A stretch of DNA of 64,000 nucleotides from Pirellulales bacterium (GCA_035499655.1 DATJYL010000197.1:25255-89254); one strand, 5' to 3'; shown: positions 34,856-45,427, counted from the stretch's first letter. Notes: generated by a model not told the origin, from the sequence alone. Made by a program: numbers and translations.

Positions 34856-34931
34856 GGTGGTGGGACAATTTGAAATTCCGACAGCCGCTTTTTCCGACTG
34901 ACACAGTCGGGCTATGTTCAAATTGGCCCAC
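34856..34931. repeat. 76-bp nested-palindrome element, copy 2
   Basis: 75/76 identical to 7069..7144. It lies 9 nt downstream of the MBL-hydrolase stop codon. Confidence 0.85.
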
Positions 34932-34939
34932 TACCAAGC

Positions 34940-35743
34940 CTAACACAGTTCCAGCCGCAGGCCGTCGTAGGCTAATTCCATGCTCGGCGGCAGCATTGCG
35001 TTGGTGGCAGCGTGCTCCAAATCGTGGCACATGTGGGTGAAGTAGGTGCGCTTGGGCCGCAAACGCTGGGCAACTTCCACAGCCTGATCCAGGCTGTAAT
35101 GCGTGACGTGCGGTCGTGGGCGCAAAGCGTCGAGGATGAGCACATCCAGCCCGTTCAGTTGCGAAAAGCTTTCCGGTGGAATGCCGTTGGTATCGGTGCA
35201 GTAAGCGATATTGCCGATGCGAAAGCCGAGCACTCGGAACTTGCCATGCCACAAGCGGATGGGAATGATCGGCTGGCCCAAGAGTGTAAACGGCTCCAAC
35301 GAAATTCGTCGCAGGTCTAACTGCGGCACGCCGCCGCCGTAGCCGTGATTGTCTTCGGCAAAGGCGTAATCGAACGATTTGCGAATTCGGGTCTCCACAA
35401 AATCTTCGCAGTACACCGGCAGCGCATGACCAAGGTAGTGCGGAAATAACCGCAAATCGTCCAGGCCGAACACGTGGTCGGCGTGATCGTGGGTATATAG
35501 CACCGAATGCACCAGACCAACTTTCTCGCGCAACAATTGAGTGCGCAAGTCTGGTGGAGTATCGATCAACAAATTCCCCTCGGGCAAACCCAGCACCAGC
35601 GAGCAACGGGTCCGCTGGTTCTTCGGATCGCTGCTGGTGCAAGTTGGACAGCCGCAGCCAATGCAAGGCACCCCGACCGATGTCCCCGTTCCCAGGAATA
35701 TCAATTGACCTCGAATATCAGCGGTTTGCGGTTGCAAGGGCAT
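34940..35743 (-). CDS. MBL-fold metallo-hydrolase (PhnP-like)
   Basis: LGTGTSVGVP, the CxxC-type insert IGCGCPTC, the metallo-beta-lactamase motif YTHDHADHVFGLDDLR, and a C-terminal FTHM..H. The ATG at 35743 is preferred. Confidence 0.85.
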   Translation of the reverse strand: MPLQPQTADIRGQLIFLGTGTSVGVPCIGCGCPTCTSSDPKNQRTRCSLVLGLPEGNLLIDTPPDLRTQLLREKVGLVHSVLYTHDHADHVFGLDDLRLFPHYLGHALPVYCEDFVETRIRKSFDYAFAEDNHGYGGGVPQLDLRRISLEPFTLLGQPIIPIRLWHGKFRVLGFRIGNIAYCTDTNGIPPESFSQLNGLDVLILDALRPRPHVTHYSLDQAVEVAQRLRPKRTYFTHMCHDLEHAATNAMLPPSMELAYDGLRLELC

Positions 35744-36028
35744 AACGAAAAGATGGAAGGAAACAGCGAGCAATAAGAATGTAAAACCGGACTAGTTGGA
35801 AACGATGGCGTTATGCCCCAACAACTTACGACGTTTACCAATCGCCGAACCGTTCTTGACCCACTCTACCAAATCGCTATAAACTTCTTTGTCGGCAAAC
35901 TCTTACGTCCATTATTGGAAGTTGGCGCGCCCCTTGCATTATTGTAACAGGCACGGGGATTCTGCCGAACTGGCATCCCGTACGCGCGCGTCCAACGAAA
36001 GCTGCTCACTTTGGAAAACGGCCAGACG

Positions 36029-39000
36029 ATGGAATTTTGGGAACAACTGTGGGAAGTCATTGGGAATTTTTTCACCGGTCTAAGCCGGTCGGTGGAGCGC
36101 GGCATTACGTCGCTGTTTGGTTCGTCCAATGCCCGATATGTCAAGAAGTTACAGCCGAAAATCGCCGGCATCAATGCTCTGGAGCCCAAATACCAGACCA
36201 TGAGCGATGCGGATTTGAAGCAGCAAACCGCGCTTTTCCGCCAGCGGTTGAATGAAGGCGAAACCCTGGACGACTTGCTGGACGAAGCGTTTGCCGTTTG
36301 TCGCGAGGCCGGCCGGCGCTTTTTGGGCATGCGGCACTACGATGTGCAATTGATCGGCGGCATCGTGCTGCACAGCGGCTCGATTGCCGAAATGATCACC
36401 GGCGAAGGCAAAACGCTGGTGGCCACGCTGCCGGCATATCTGAATGCCTTGGAAGGTAAAGGCGTGCACGTGGTTACGGTGAACGATTATTTGGCTCGCC
36501 GCGACATGGAATGGATGGCGCCGGTATACATGAACCTGGGGCTGACCGTGGGGGCGATCCAAGCCGGCATGGACGGTGCGGAGCGGCAGAAAGCATATGC
36601 GTGCGACATTACCTACGGCACGAATAACGAGTTCGGCTTCGATTACCTGCGTGACAACATGCGGCCGGCTGCGCGGGACGATTACCACTTTCCCAAGCAC
36701 ACCCAGCAGGTGCAAGGACCGTTGCATTACGCCATTATTGACGAAGTCGACAACATTCTTGTGGACGAAGCGCGCACGCCGCTCATCATTTCCGGTCCGG
36801 CGCACGACGACGTCGCCAAATACACCAAGGCCGACAAGCTGGCGCGGCAACTGACCAAAGACGCTCATTTCGAAGTCAAGGAGAAAGAACATACAGTCGT
36901 GCTCACCGACGAAGGGGTCCGGGCCGCGGAACGGTTTGCCGGAGTGGAAAGTTTTTACACGGCCGGCAACATGGAATGGCCGCATCTAATCGACAACTCG
37001 CTGAAAGCCCATCATCTGTACAAGCGCGACGTGAATTACGTCATTGAAGACGGCGAGATCATCATTGTCGACGAATTCACGGGCCGCAAAATGCCCGGCC
37101 GCCAATGGAGCGACGGGCTGCACCAAGCGGTCGAAGCCAAGGAAGGCGTGCGCGTGAAGGAAGAAACGCAAACGCTGGCCACGATCACGCTGCAGAATTT
37201 CTTCAAGCTGTACAAAAAAATCTGCGGGATGACCGGTACGGCCATGACCGAGGCGAACGAGTTCTGGAAAATCTACAAGCTCGATGTGATTGCCATTCCG
37301 CCCAATCGGACGCTGCAACGCATTAACCACGCCGACGTGATTTACCTCACCGAGAAAGACAAATTCAACCAAGTGGCCAATGAAATCGAACGGATTCACA
37401 AGTGGGATACTGTGGAGCTGACCGACGGCAATTGGCTGGTCGGAACGGTGAAAGGCGAGAACGAACAAGAAATCACTTTCGACGACAAAGACAACCGCGA
37501 GCTGCGCACCATCCTGCGCTCGAAAATCAAGTTGCTTCAAAAGCGCGGGAGGCCGATTTTGGTCGGTACCGTTTCGATTGAAAAAAGCGAACGGCTGTCG
37601 GCACTTTTAGAGCGGCGCGGTATTCCGCATCAGGTGCTCAACGCCAAGCATCACAAGCGCGAGGCGGAAATTGTGGCCCAGGCAGGCCGCAAAGGAGCGG
37701 TTACGATTGCCACCAACATGGCCGGTCGCGGCACCGACATTATCCTCGGCGGCAATGCCGACGCCATGGCGTGGGCCAAGCTTCAAGATAAATATCCGAC
37801 ACGATTGGAAGTGCCACGCGACGAATGGGATGCCTTGGTGAAGGCAATTGAAGAACACGAACAGACGAAGGCCGAAGGGGCCGAGGTGAAAGCCTTGGGC
37901 GGCTTGCACATCATCGGCACCGAACGGCATGAGGCCCGCCGCATCGACAACCAGCTGCGGGGCCGTTCCGGGCGCCAGGGTGATCCCGGCTCGGGCCGTT
38001 TTTATCTATCGCTGGAAGACGACCTGATGCGGATTTTCGCCGGAGAGTGGGTGAAGAGTGTGCTAACCCGGCTGGGCATGAAAGAGGGTGAGGCCATTGA
38101 AAGCCGGATGGTTTCGCGCCGGATCGAAGGGGCGCAAAAGAAAGTCGAGGAGCGCAACTTCGACATCCGCAAAAACCTGCTGGAATACGACGAAGTGATG
38201 GACGAGCAGCGGAAGCGCGTCTATTCGTACCGGCAGCGGATTCTCGACGGCGGAAACTGCAAGCAGTTGATTCTGGACATGATTGACCGCCAGATCGAAC
38301 ACAACCTGACTGTGTTCCTGGATAAAGATTACGGCGCGGAAACTTTTGCCAAATGGGCGGGTAATCTGCTGTCGGTGGAATTAGAATCCAAGGAATTCCG
38401 CAATCTCGATTTCCAAACCGCCCAGCAACAGGCCAAGGACGAAGCCGAGCGAATCGCCGAATCGCAAGTGTTTGAAGCGGTGGAAGAAAATCTTCCCGAG
38501 AATACGGAAGAAGACTGGAATTGGGAGGCGCTGGCCAAATTTTCCAACTCGCGCTGGAAGACGAACTTTCGCGATCGCGATTTGAAAAAGCACGGCCGCG
38601 ACGGCGTGGCCGAATTTATGATCGAGCAAGCACGCGAGTCGATCCGGCAGATCGATCTGGGTGAGGGCGCCCGCTTTTTGGAACCCGATTTGGGCGTGCG
38701 CACGGCCTGCGGCTGGGCGCAATATAAATTTGGAATTGTCGTTCAGCCGGAAGAGGCACGAGATTTGGAGCCGGACGCATTCGTCGAGCTGCTGCGCCGC
38801 AAGGCTCGCAAAGCATACGAAATGAAGGAAGCAGAATTTCCAGTGATGGCGGGCTTGCTGCACTTCACCACCCGGGACAGCGCCGGGCAAAAGCGCTACG
38901 ACCGCGATCAGTTGGTCGTGTGGGCGCGCGACCGGTTTCACGTGGATTTATCGCTTGACGACTTGAGGAACAAGCAGCAGGACGAAATTCGGGTTGTGTT

Positions 39001-39763
39001 GGTCGAACATAGCCGCCAAAATTTGCGTGCCGCGGCGGAGGCGCAAGCCGAAATCGAGCGCCTGGTCGATGACATTTTCAGTAACGCGCCCAACGGACAC
39101 CCTGAGCAGAATGGGGCGTCGTTAACCGTTCGCACGGTTCAGGGGTCAAACTGGCTGGAAAGTGCGCCAGTTCAGGCGCTGGTCGCCAAGCTCAAAGAGT
39201 ACGATCCGCAATTTCCGGCGGAGCAAATTGGACAGCTTGATCACGAACATCTGAAAATTCGCGCCGCACTCACGGTCGACGACCATTTCCGGCCTGAAAT
39301 GCGCCGCCTGGAACGCAACTTGGTACTGCAAATTTTGGATGCGGCTTGGAAAGATCATCTGTTGGCCATGGACCACTTGCGTTCCAGCGTGTCGCTACGG
39401 GGCTATGCCCAGGTGGACCCGAAGGTGGAATACAAGCGCGAAGGCATGCAAACCTTCGAAGCCATGTGGACGAACATCGGCGATCGCGTCACCGATTTGA
39501 TTTTCCGCATGGAACAGTTGGACGAAATCTTTGTGGGTTCCACGTGGAAGGAAACCTCCGCCACCCACGAGGAAGCGCCGCCGCCCACGAGCAACATCGG
39601 CCAGCAACAGCAAGCGGCCATCGACAACATGCAAAGCGATAAAAAAATCGAGCCGATCCGCAATCGGCAAGATCGCGTGGGCCGCAATGATCCGTGCCCC
39701 TGCGGCAGCGGCAAGAAATTCAAAAACTGCTGCATGCGAAAGCAAGGCGGCCAGGCGGCCTGA
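36029..39763 (+). CDS. secA: Preprotein translocase ATPase SecA (unusually long form, ~1244 aa)
   Basis: [41 protein letters not shown] is the Walker A region. [21 protein letters not shown] is the DEAD-like box. Also [10 protein letters not shown] and [31 protein letters not shown]. The C-terminal zinc motif is [13 protein letters not shown]. Confidence 0.95.
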   Translation: MEFWEQLWEVIGNFFTGLSRSVERGITSLFGSSNARYVKKLQPKIAGINALEPKYQTMSDADLKQQTALFRQRLNEGETLDDLLDEAFAVCREAGRRFLGMRHYDVQLIGGIVLHSGSIAEMITGEGKTLVATLPAYLNALEGKGVHVVTVNDYLARRDMEWMAPVYMNLGLTVGAIQAGMDGAERQKAYACDITYGTNNEFGFDYLRDNMRPAARDDYHFPKHTQQVQGPLHYAIIDEVDNILVDEARTPLIISGPAHDDVAKYTKADKLARQLTKDAHFEVKEKEHTVVLTDEGVRAAERFAGVESFYTAGNMEWPHLIDNSLKAHHLYKRDVNYVIEDGEIIIVDEFTGRKMPGRQWSDGLHQAVEAKEGVRVKEETQTLATITLQNFFKLYKKICGMTGTAMTEANEFWKIYKLDVIAIPPNRTLQRINHADVIYLTEKDKFNQVANEIERIHKWDTVELTDGNWLVGTVKGENEQEITFDDKDNRELRTILRSKIKLLQKRGRPILVGTVSIEKSERLSALLERRGIPHQVLNAKHHKREAEIVAQAGRKGAVTIATNMAGRGTDIILGGNADAMAWAKLQDKYPTRLEVPRDEWDALVKAIEEHEQTKAEGAEVKALGGLHIIGTERHEARRIDNQLRGRSGRQGDPGSGRFYLSLEDDLMRIFAGEWVKSVLTRLGMKEGEAIESRMVSRRIEGAQKKVEERNFDIRKNLLEYDEVMDEQRKRVYSYRQRILDGGNCKQLILDMIDRQIEHNLTVFLDKDYGAETFAKWAGNLLSVELESKEFRNLDFQTAQQQAKDEAERIAESQVFEAVEENLPENTEEDWNWEALAKFSNSRWKTNFRDRDLKKHGRDGVAEFMIEQARESIRQIDLGEGARFLEPDLGVRTACGWAQYKFGIVVQPEEARDLEPDAFVELLRRKARKAYEMKEAEFPVMAGLLHFTTRDSAGQKRYDRDQLVVWARDRFHVDLSLDDLRNKQQDEIRVVLVEHSRQNLRAAAEAQAEIERLVDDIFSNAPNGHPEQNGASLTVRTVQGSNWLESAPVQALVAKLKEYDPQFPAEQIGQLDHEHLKIRAALTVDDHFRPEMRRLERNLVLQILDAAWKDHLLAMDHLRSSVSLRGYAQVDPKVEYKREGMQTFEAMWTNIGDRVTDLIFRMEQLDEIFVGSTWKETSATHEEAPPPTSNIGQQQQAAIDNMQSDKKIEPIRNRQDRVGRNDPCPCGSGKKFKNCCMRKQGGQAA

Positions 39764-39802
39764 GAGATTCCGAATCGCAACATCAGTCGGGAATGGATTC
39801 CC

Positions 39803-41143
39803 ATGACGGCACTTTTCTTAAACGCCGCTTATTTTCTCACGCTGATCGTGGCCGCGCCGTGGTTGATTTATCAAAGCGTCTTCCGTGGAAAATATCGGGA
39901 AGGATTTGCCGCCAAGTTTTGGGGAGCGGCGCCGCGGCGAAATTCAAACCGTCCGTGCATTTGGCTGCACGCTGTGAGCGTGGGGGAAGTGAACTTGCTG
40001 GGCGTGTTGCTCAAACACATTGCCATGCACCGGCCCGACGTCGAGTGCGTCATTTCCACGACCACCAAAACCGGCTACGACCTGGCGAAATCAAAATACG
40101 CTCAATACACCGTGTTTTACTGTCCGCTCGATTTTTCTTGGGCAGTACGCCGGGCGATGAACCGCATCCGGCCGTCGCTGCTGGTGCTGGCAGAATTGGA
40201 ACTGTGGCCCAATTTGGTACGGGCCGCCCGAGAACACGGTGCCCGGGTAGGCATTGTGAATGGCCGGCTGAGCGAAAAAAGTTTTCGCGGTTACCATCAC
40301 ATTCGCCGGTGGCTGCTGCCGGTGTTAAATTCAATCGATGTGATTGCCGTGCAAAACGAGGAATACGCTCAGCGATTTCGAAACTTGGGCGTCGAGCCGG
40401 AGCGAGTTTGCGTTACCGGCTCGCTGAAATTCGACGGCGCCCAGTGTGACCGCCACAATCCGCGCACGCAATCGCTGCGCAAATTGGCCGGATTTTCCGC
40501 TGACGATGTTGTGTTTCTGGCCGGCAGCACGCAACAGCCGGAAGAACAATTGGCGCTGGCGGCGTTTCAATCGCTGGCTGGCGAATATCCACAATTAAGG
40601 TTAGTCATTGTGCCGCGCCATCCGCACCGTTTTGACGAAGTGGCGGCGCTGCTGGATCGCAGCGGATTGAAGTGGCAAAGACGATCCGCGCTAAGCGAAT
40701 CAACTAACTCACCCCTCACCACTCACTCCTCATCTCCGGTTCTGTTGGTCGACACCGTCGGAGAACTCGGCGCCTGGTGGGGCACGGCGACAATTGGCTT
40801 TGTGGGCGGCAGTTTGTTCTCCAGCCGAGGCGGACAGAATATGATTGAGCCTGCCGCTTATGGCGTGGCCCTGTGCTTTGGCCCGAACACGCAGAATTTC
40901 CGCGATGTCGTGGCGCTGCTGTTGGCCAATGACGCTGCGGTGCGGGTCGCTAGCGGCGAAGAACTGACCGCTTTCGTCCGCCGCTGTTTAAGCGATACAG
41001 CTTACGCCGATGGTTTAGGTCGCAACGCCGTGGAGTTGGTGAAAGCACAGCAAGGCGCGACTGCCCGCACATGGGCGCGCATTGAACCATTGCTGCCGCA
41101 GCCTGTCATTCAGCTTGAAGCCGCCAATCGACCGGCGGCGTGA
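39803..41143 (+). CDS. waaA: 3-deoxy-D-manno-octulosonic acid (Kdo) transferase
   Basis: The N-terminal TM is followed by IWLHAVSVGEV, then the C-terminal GT-B part ...GGSLFSSRGGQNMIEPAAYGVAL.FGP. Length is 446 aa. Confidence 0.9.
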   Translation: MTALFLNAAYFLTLIVAAPWLIYQSVFRGKYREGFAAKFWGAAPRRNSNRPCIWLHAVSVGEVNLLGVLLKHIAMHRPDVECVISTTTKTGYDLAKSKYAQYTVFYCPLDFSWAVRRAMNRIRPSLLVLAELELWPNLVRAAREHGARVGIVNGRLSEKSFRGYHHIRRWLLPVLNSIDVIAVQNEEYAQRFRNLGVEPERVCVTGSLKFDGAQCDRHNPRTQSLRKLAGFSADDVVFLAGSTQQPEEQLALAAFQSLAGEYPQLRLVIVPRHPHRFDEVAALLDRSGLKWQRRSALSESTNSPLTTHSSSPVLLVDTVGELGAWWGTATIGFVGGSLFSSRGGQNMIEPAAYGVALCFGPNTQNFRDVVALLLANDAAVRVASGEELTAFVRRCLSDTAYADGLGRNAVELVKAQQGATARTWARIEPLLPQPVIQLEAANRPAA

Positions 41144-41149
41144 ACGCCA

Positions 41150-43015
41150 TTGGCAAAGTCCCAAGACAGTGTCAAACTCTACAGGGCAGCAACGCCTCAA
41201 CTTTCGCGACTCACTTCACTCGAATCTCGCCTTACCTCCACTGCCGTGAACATTCTGCACGAACTTCACCGCCGCTTTGCCGCCGCACTGAGCGGGATGG
41301 TCGATAGCCCGGCGGATTTGCTTTCTCAAGTGCGGGCCAGTCAAGACCCGAAGTTCGGCGATTATCAGGCCAATTGTGCGATGCCACTCGGCAAGCGATT
41401 GGGCAAGCCGCCGCGCGAGATTGCGAAAGAAATTGTCGCCCGCCTGGATGTTGCAGGTTTGTGCGAACCGCCGGAAATTGCAGGGCCGGGGTTCATCAAC
41501 TTGCGGCTAAAAACCGACTGGCTGGAACAACAAGCGGCGGCCGCTTCTGTCGATGCGCGATTGGGCGTCCCCATGGTAGAAAAGCCGCACACCTACATCG
41601 TCGATTACAGTGCCCCCAACGTCGCCAAGCCGATGCACGTGGGACACATCCGCAGCACCGTGATCGGCGATTGCCTGTACCGGACGCTGAATTTCGCCGG
41701 CCATAAAGCGATTAGCGACAATCACCTGGGCGACTGGGGCACCCAGTTCGGGATGATTATTTATGGATACAAAAGCCAAGAAATTCGGGACAAAGTTAAA
41801 GCCAGTGGCGCGGCGGAAAAACTAGGCGAGTTCGGCGCTTTGTATGCCTTCGTGAATCGCTTGGGCGAAGAGAATCCAAAGATTCGAGAGGCCGTGCTGA
41901 GCGAAACGGCTAAGTTACACGGCGGCGATGAGGAGAATTTACGGCTGTGGAACGAAATTCGGCAACAGTGCGAAAGCGACATCGAGCGGATTTACAAACG
42001 CCTGGGCGTGAAATTCGATGAACAACTTGGTGAAAGCTTTTATCACGATCGGCTGGCGGCGGTGGTCGACAATCTGGTGAACAAAGGCATAGCACGGGAA
42101 AGCGACGGTGCGATTGGTGTGTTTTTGGATGGTTACGAAACGCCGTTTCTTATCCGAAAGCAAGACGGCGCATTTCTGTACGCCACGACCGATTTGGCCA
42201 CGATTGCTTACCGCATGGATCGCTGGCATCCCGACGCCATTTTGTACGTGGTCGATCATCGGCAGAGTTTGCATTTCGTGCAGTTGTTTGCCACCGCGCG
42301 GAAGTGGCATCCGGAATGGTCCAGCGTCGAATTCAAACACATCAGCTTCGGCACCGTACTAGGCAAAGACGGCAAGCCGTTCAAAACGCGGTCGGGAGAG
42401 ACCATCGGACTGGACGATTTATTGGGATTAGCTGAAGTTAAAGCGCTGGGGATCGTCAAAGAAAACGATGATGCAAAGCCAAATGGGCCAGAATTGACAA
42501 AAACCGAGCGGATTGATGTTGCGAGAAAGGTCGGTATTGGTGCAATTAAGTACGCCGATCTTTCGCAGAGCCGCACCACCGACTACGTGTTCGATTACGA
42601 CAAAATGTTGGCCATGAACGGCAATACCGCCACGTACATGCAGTACGCGCATGCCCGAGTGCGGGGGATTTTTATCAAAGGGCAGAAGCAATTGGGCGAT
42701 TCCGGGGAAATGGCCCGGCCGGCTGGGCCGCAAACCATATCGCTTTTGCATCCGGCGGAGCGGGCTTTGGCCTTGGCCGCGCTGCAACTATCCGAAGCCA
42801 TTGATCTGGTGTTGGCCGATTATCGACCCAATCAGTTGACCAGTTATTTGTTCGAATTGGCCAATCGGTTTAGCACGTTCTACGAAAACTGTCCGGTGCT
42901 CAAAGCCGAAACTCCAGAGTTGCTGCAAAGCCGACTGGCGCTGTGCGATTTAACGGCGAAGGTGCTGCGGCAGGGATTGGAACTGCTGGGGATTGAAGTC
43001 GTCGAGAGAATGTAA
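41150..43015 (+). CDS. argS: Arginine--tRNA ligase
   Basis: HIGH-type motif SAPNVAKPMHVGHIRSTVIGD, plus a DALR anticodon-binding C-terminus (…LCDLTAKVLRQGLELLGIEVVERM). The start is ambiguous: TTG 41150 or GTG 41246. Confidence 0.9.
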   Translation: MAKSQDSVKLYRAATPQLSRLTSLESRLTSTAVNILHELHRRFAAALSGMVDSPADLLSQVRASQDPKFGDYQANCAMPLGKRLGKPPREIAKEIVARLDVAGLCEPPEIAGPGFINLRLKTDWLEQQAAAASVDARLGVPMVEKPHTYIVDYSAPNVAKPMHVGHIRSTVIGDCLYRTLNFAGHKAISDNHLGDWGTQFGMIIYGYKSQEIRDKVKASGAAEKLGEFGALYAFVNRLGEENPKIREAVLSETAKLHGGDEENLRLWNEIRQQCESDIERIYKRLGVKFDEQLGESFYHDRLAAVVDNLVNKGIARESDGAIGVFLDGYETPFLIRKQDGAFLYATTDLATIAYRMDRWHPDAILYVVDHRQSLHFVQLFATARKWHPEWSSVEFKHISFGTVLGKDGKPFKTRSGETIGLDDLLGLAEVKALGIVKENDDAKPNGPELTKTERIDVARKVGIGAIKYADLSQSRTTDYVFDYDKMLAMNGNTATYMQYAHARVRGIFIKGQKQLGDSGEMARPAGPQTISLLHPAERALALAALQLSEAIDLVLADYRPNQLTSYLFELANRFSTFYENCPVLKAETPELLQSRLALCDLTAKVLRQGLELLGIEVVERM

Positions 43016-43020
43016 TTGAA

Positions 43021-43103
43021 GCGATTAGCGATTAGCAATTAGCAATTAGCGAAGCACAGATTGGTGCCTCGTTGCTAATTGCTAACCGCTAATCGCTAGT
43101 CGC
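43021..43103. repeat. Heptamer arrays in inverted orientation forming a long imperfect hairpin between convergent genes (probable bidirectional terminator)
   Basis: The left arm is GCGATTA GCGATTA GCAATTA GCAATTA GCGAAGC. After a ~15-nt loop, the right arm is GTTGCTA ATTGCTA ACCGCTA ATCGCTA GTCGC, which reads as reverse-complemented units. The right arm supplies the last codons and the stop of the minus-strand gene. Confidence 0.75.
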
Positions 43104-44312
43104 TGTTTTCCGTAATTCCGTCGACGAAATATCTTGTCGGAATAATTCGCTGGGAACTTCATCGCAGAGTTGTCGCAACGCCTGGGGCAACGACAAATCG
43201 CCGCATGATTGAAATTGATGATCGACCAGCCGGCCGAAAACTAGAAACCGGCAACCACGCTCGGCGATTCTTTGAAAAGCTGCGTTGGCGGCCGCCGGAT
43301 CGTTCCCATAGTAGCGCGGTTGGCCGATCCGGAGCATCGTATCTGCCCCGACGATGAACGTGGCGCCGGGAAACAGTTGCGACTTCTCGTCGAACGTGGG
43401 CGCGCGGGTTAGCCATAGCGGCAAGTGTTTTTCGTTGAATTGGGCAACACGTAGCTGAATTTCCGTGTAATCCAGCGGCGGTTTGTCAACGTTTTCGACG
43501 GATAATTCAAATTCCACCGGCAGGCTAAGCCGGGCTGCGGCAACTTCGGCCATCTGCAAATGTCCGGCATGCAGCGGATTGAATGCGCCGGGGAAAATGG
43601 CACGGGGTTTCCTGGGTTTGCCCCCCGGCGACTCGCCGGGGGCTAACTGCGGACTCGGTATCAACAACTTCTCAGTTCGACCAAGCAATAGATTTTGCCA
43701 CTGCGAAGGTGCGACAGTGCGCGTGGATTGAATATCTTCGGGCTCAAGCAGTGGCAGCGAAAGCTGCTCGGCAATGCCAAACGCTTCGGCCGCAGCGTTG
43801 AGCACCATTTGGGCGGCAATCGACTCCTCTGCAAGTCGGCTGCGGCGACCTTTTACGAGTTCCAATGAATGGGTAACTGTTGCCGCTGCGGTTTGCAGCG
43901 CGACGTGGATGCGGTGCGGACCACGCTTGGGCCGATCGCTGGCCAGGCTGGCCGTGCAACCAATGCCGACGGGCGGCCGCTGTTCTTCCTCTTCCTTGAT
44001 GGGAGAGGGCTGGGATGAGGGTGCTTCTTTCTGTAAATGCCTGGCCCGTTGAAACGCGGCCATGGCCATCAATCGGGCGGTGCGAGCAGAACAAAAACTC
44101 TCCGGCCGGGCATGCAGAAACTCTACCAGCGACGCCACCGAATACGGAACGACTGCTTCTAACACGGTCCGCGAACCGCCGGGCACTGACAGTAAATCGC
44201 CGATGGCCCGACTGCCGCCGCCGGTAACCGCCAGCACCAGTTGGCCAGGGCCGGCATGAATGCGGCGAACGAAATCTTGCCAAGGTATTGGATCGGACAT
44301 GGCGGCCTCCAC
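43089..44312 (-). CDS. Two-domain protein: CinA/PncC-like N-terminal domain fused to a NadD-like (HxGH) nucleotidyltransferase domain
   Basis: The N-terminal part LAVTGGGSRAIGDLLSVPGGSRTVLEAVVPYS...SARTARLMAMAAFQRA parallels the CinA C-domain pattern (ESCTGG...PG.S...V.YS...MA). The C-terminal part AIFPGAFNPLHAGHLQMAE is a cytidylyltransferase-fold (T/H)xGH motif. The assignment comes from motif memory only. Confidence 0.55.
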   Translation of the reverse strand: MEAAMSDPIPWQDFVRRIHAGPGQLVLAVTGGGSRAIGDLLSVPGGSRTVLEAVVPYSVASLVEFLHARPESFCSARTARLMAMAAFQRARHLQKEAPSSQPSPIKEEEEQRPPVGIGCTASLASDRPKRGPHRIHVALQTAAATVTHSLELVKGRRSRLAEESIAAQMVLNAAAEAFGIAEQLSLPLLEPEDIQSTRTVAPSQWQNLLLGRTEKLLIPSPQLAPGESPGGKPRKPRAIFPGAFNPLHAGHLQMAEVAAARLSLPVEFELSVENVDKPPLDYTEIQLRVAQFNEKHLPLWLTRAPTFDEKSQLFPGATFIVGADTMLRIGQPRYYGNDPAAANAAFQRIAERGCRFLVFGRLVDHQFQSCGDLSLPQALRQLCDEVPSELFRQDISSTELRKTATSD

Positions 44313-44546
44313 TCAGATTGTAACACACGTGGCGGCAACAGGTTGGGCATGTCGATGAGCGTAGTTTTCGCCCGCCATTAAGTGTCCAAGTGCAAAAAAC
44401 GCAATCTCTTCCAAGATTTCGCAATCCTGGGCGAAGAACACCTGTGGCAAGCAATTTATTTGTCCGTAGTCCGTGGCTTGTTGTCCGTTGCAACCGACCA
44501 CTGACAACTGATTACGGTCCATGTTGTTTTACTGGAGGGTCCTACC

Positions 44547-45377
44547 ATGTTACGCCGCGTTTTGTTTTGGGGAATTGCTGGAACCGCAGTGGCCTTTTTG
44601 ATTTTTGGCAAGCATTTGCACAGCTATGTCGGCACGGCGGCCGGTTGGGTGCAAGATTCCGTCAAGCAGGCGGTGCCGATGGAGTTTGAGATCGACCGGG
44701 CCCGCAACATGGTGAAAGACATCATGCCGGAAATTCGTAAGAATATGCAGATCATTGCCAAGGAAGAAGTGGAAGTGGATCGGTTGAGCCAGGAGATTGA
44801 CCAACTGAGCAAAAAGCAGGAAAAAGACCGGGCCGATTTAACTTCGCTGCGAGACGACCTAACCAGCGGCGGCAGCACGTTAAAATTTGCCGGCCGCGTT
44901 TATACTGTCGATCAAGTAAAAGGCGATCTGGCGAACCGATTGGAACGCTACAAAACTTCTGACGCCACGCTGGCAAGCTTGCACGAAATGCAGGATGCCC
45001 GGCAGAAAAGTCTGGATGCCGCCCGGCAAAAGCTGGACGAAATGCTGGCCCAAAAGCGCCAGCTTGAAGTCGACGTGGAAAACTTGGAAGCGCGGCTGAA
45101 AATGGTGGAAGTCGCTCAAACCAGCAGCAGCTACAACTTCGACAACAGCGAGTTGGGCCACTGCAAAGACTTAATCAGCGATTTACGCACCCGGCTGTCG
45201 GTCGAAGAGAAAATGGTCAACGTCGAAGGGGACCTGCAAGGGGAAATTCCCGTCGATCAGCCGGCCAATGCCACCGACAACATCGCCCAGCGAGTGACGG
45301 AATATCTGAATGGTCCCGCCACCGCTGGCTCGAACACCAGCGATGTGAAGGTGGCCGAAGTCAGCGTCAGTAAGTAG
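44547..45377 (+). CDS. Membrane-anchored coiled-coil protein
   Basis: An N-terminal TM (VLFWGIAGTAVAFLIF) is followed by long heptad-like E/K/Q/L-rich segments. There is a vague PspA-like flavour but no firm motif. Confidence 0.55.
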   Translation: MLRRVLFWGIAGTAVAFLIFGKHLHSYVGTAAGWVQDSVKQAVPMEFEIDRARNMVKDIMPEIRKNMQIIAKEEVEVDRLSQEIDQLSKKQEKDRADLTSLRDDLTSGGSTLKFAGRVYTVDQVKGDLANRLERYKTSDATLASLHEMQDARQKSLDAARQKLDEMLAQKRQLEVDVENLEARLKMVEVAQTSSSYNFDNSELGHCKDLISDLRTRLSVEEKMVNVEGDLQGEIPVDQPANATDNIAQRVTEYLNGPATAGSNTSDVKVAEVSVSK

Positions 45378-45427
45378 CAATAGGCGTTGCCGCCGCGGGC
45401 ATACCCCCGCGGCGCACAACGACTTGG

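Noticed and set aside
39694-40449. 251-aa plus-strand ORF overlapping the secA end and the waaA start
   Set aside because: It is an alternative frame of waaA with R/A/G-rich composition. The Kdo-transferase motifs occur only in the 39803 frame.
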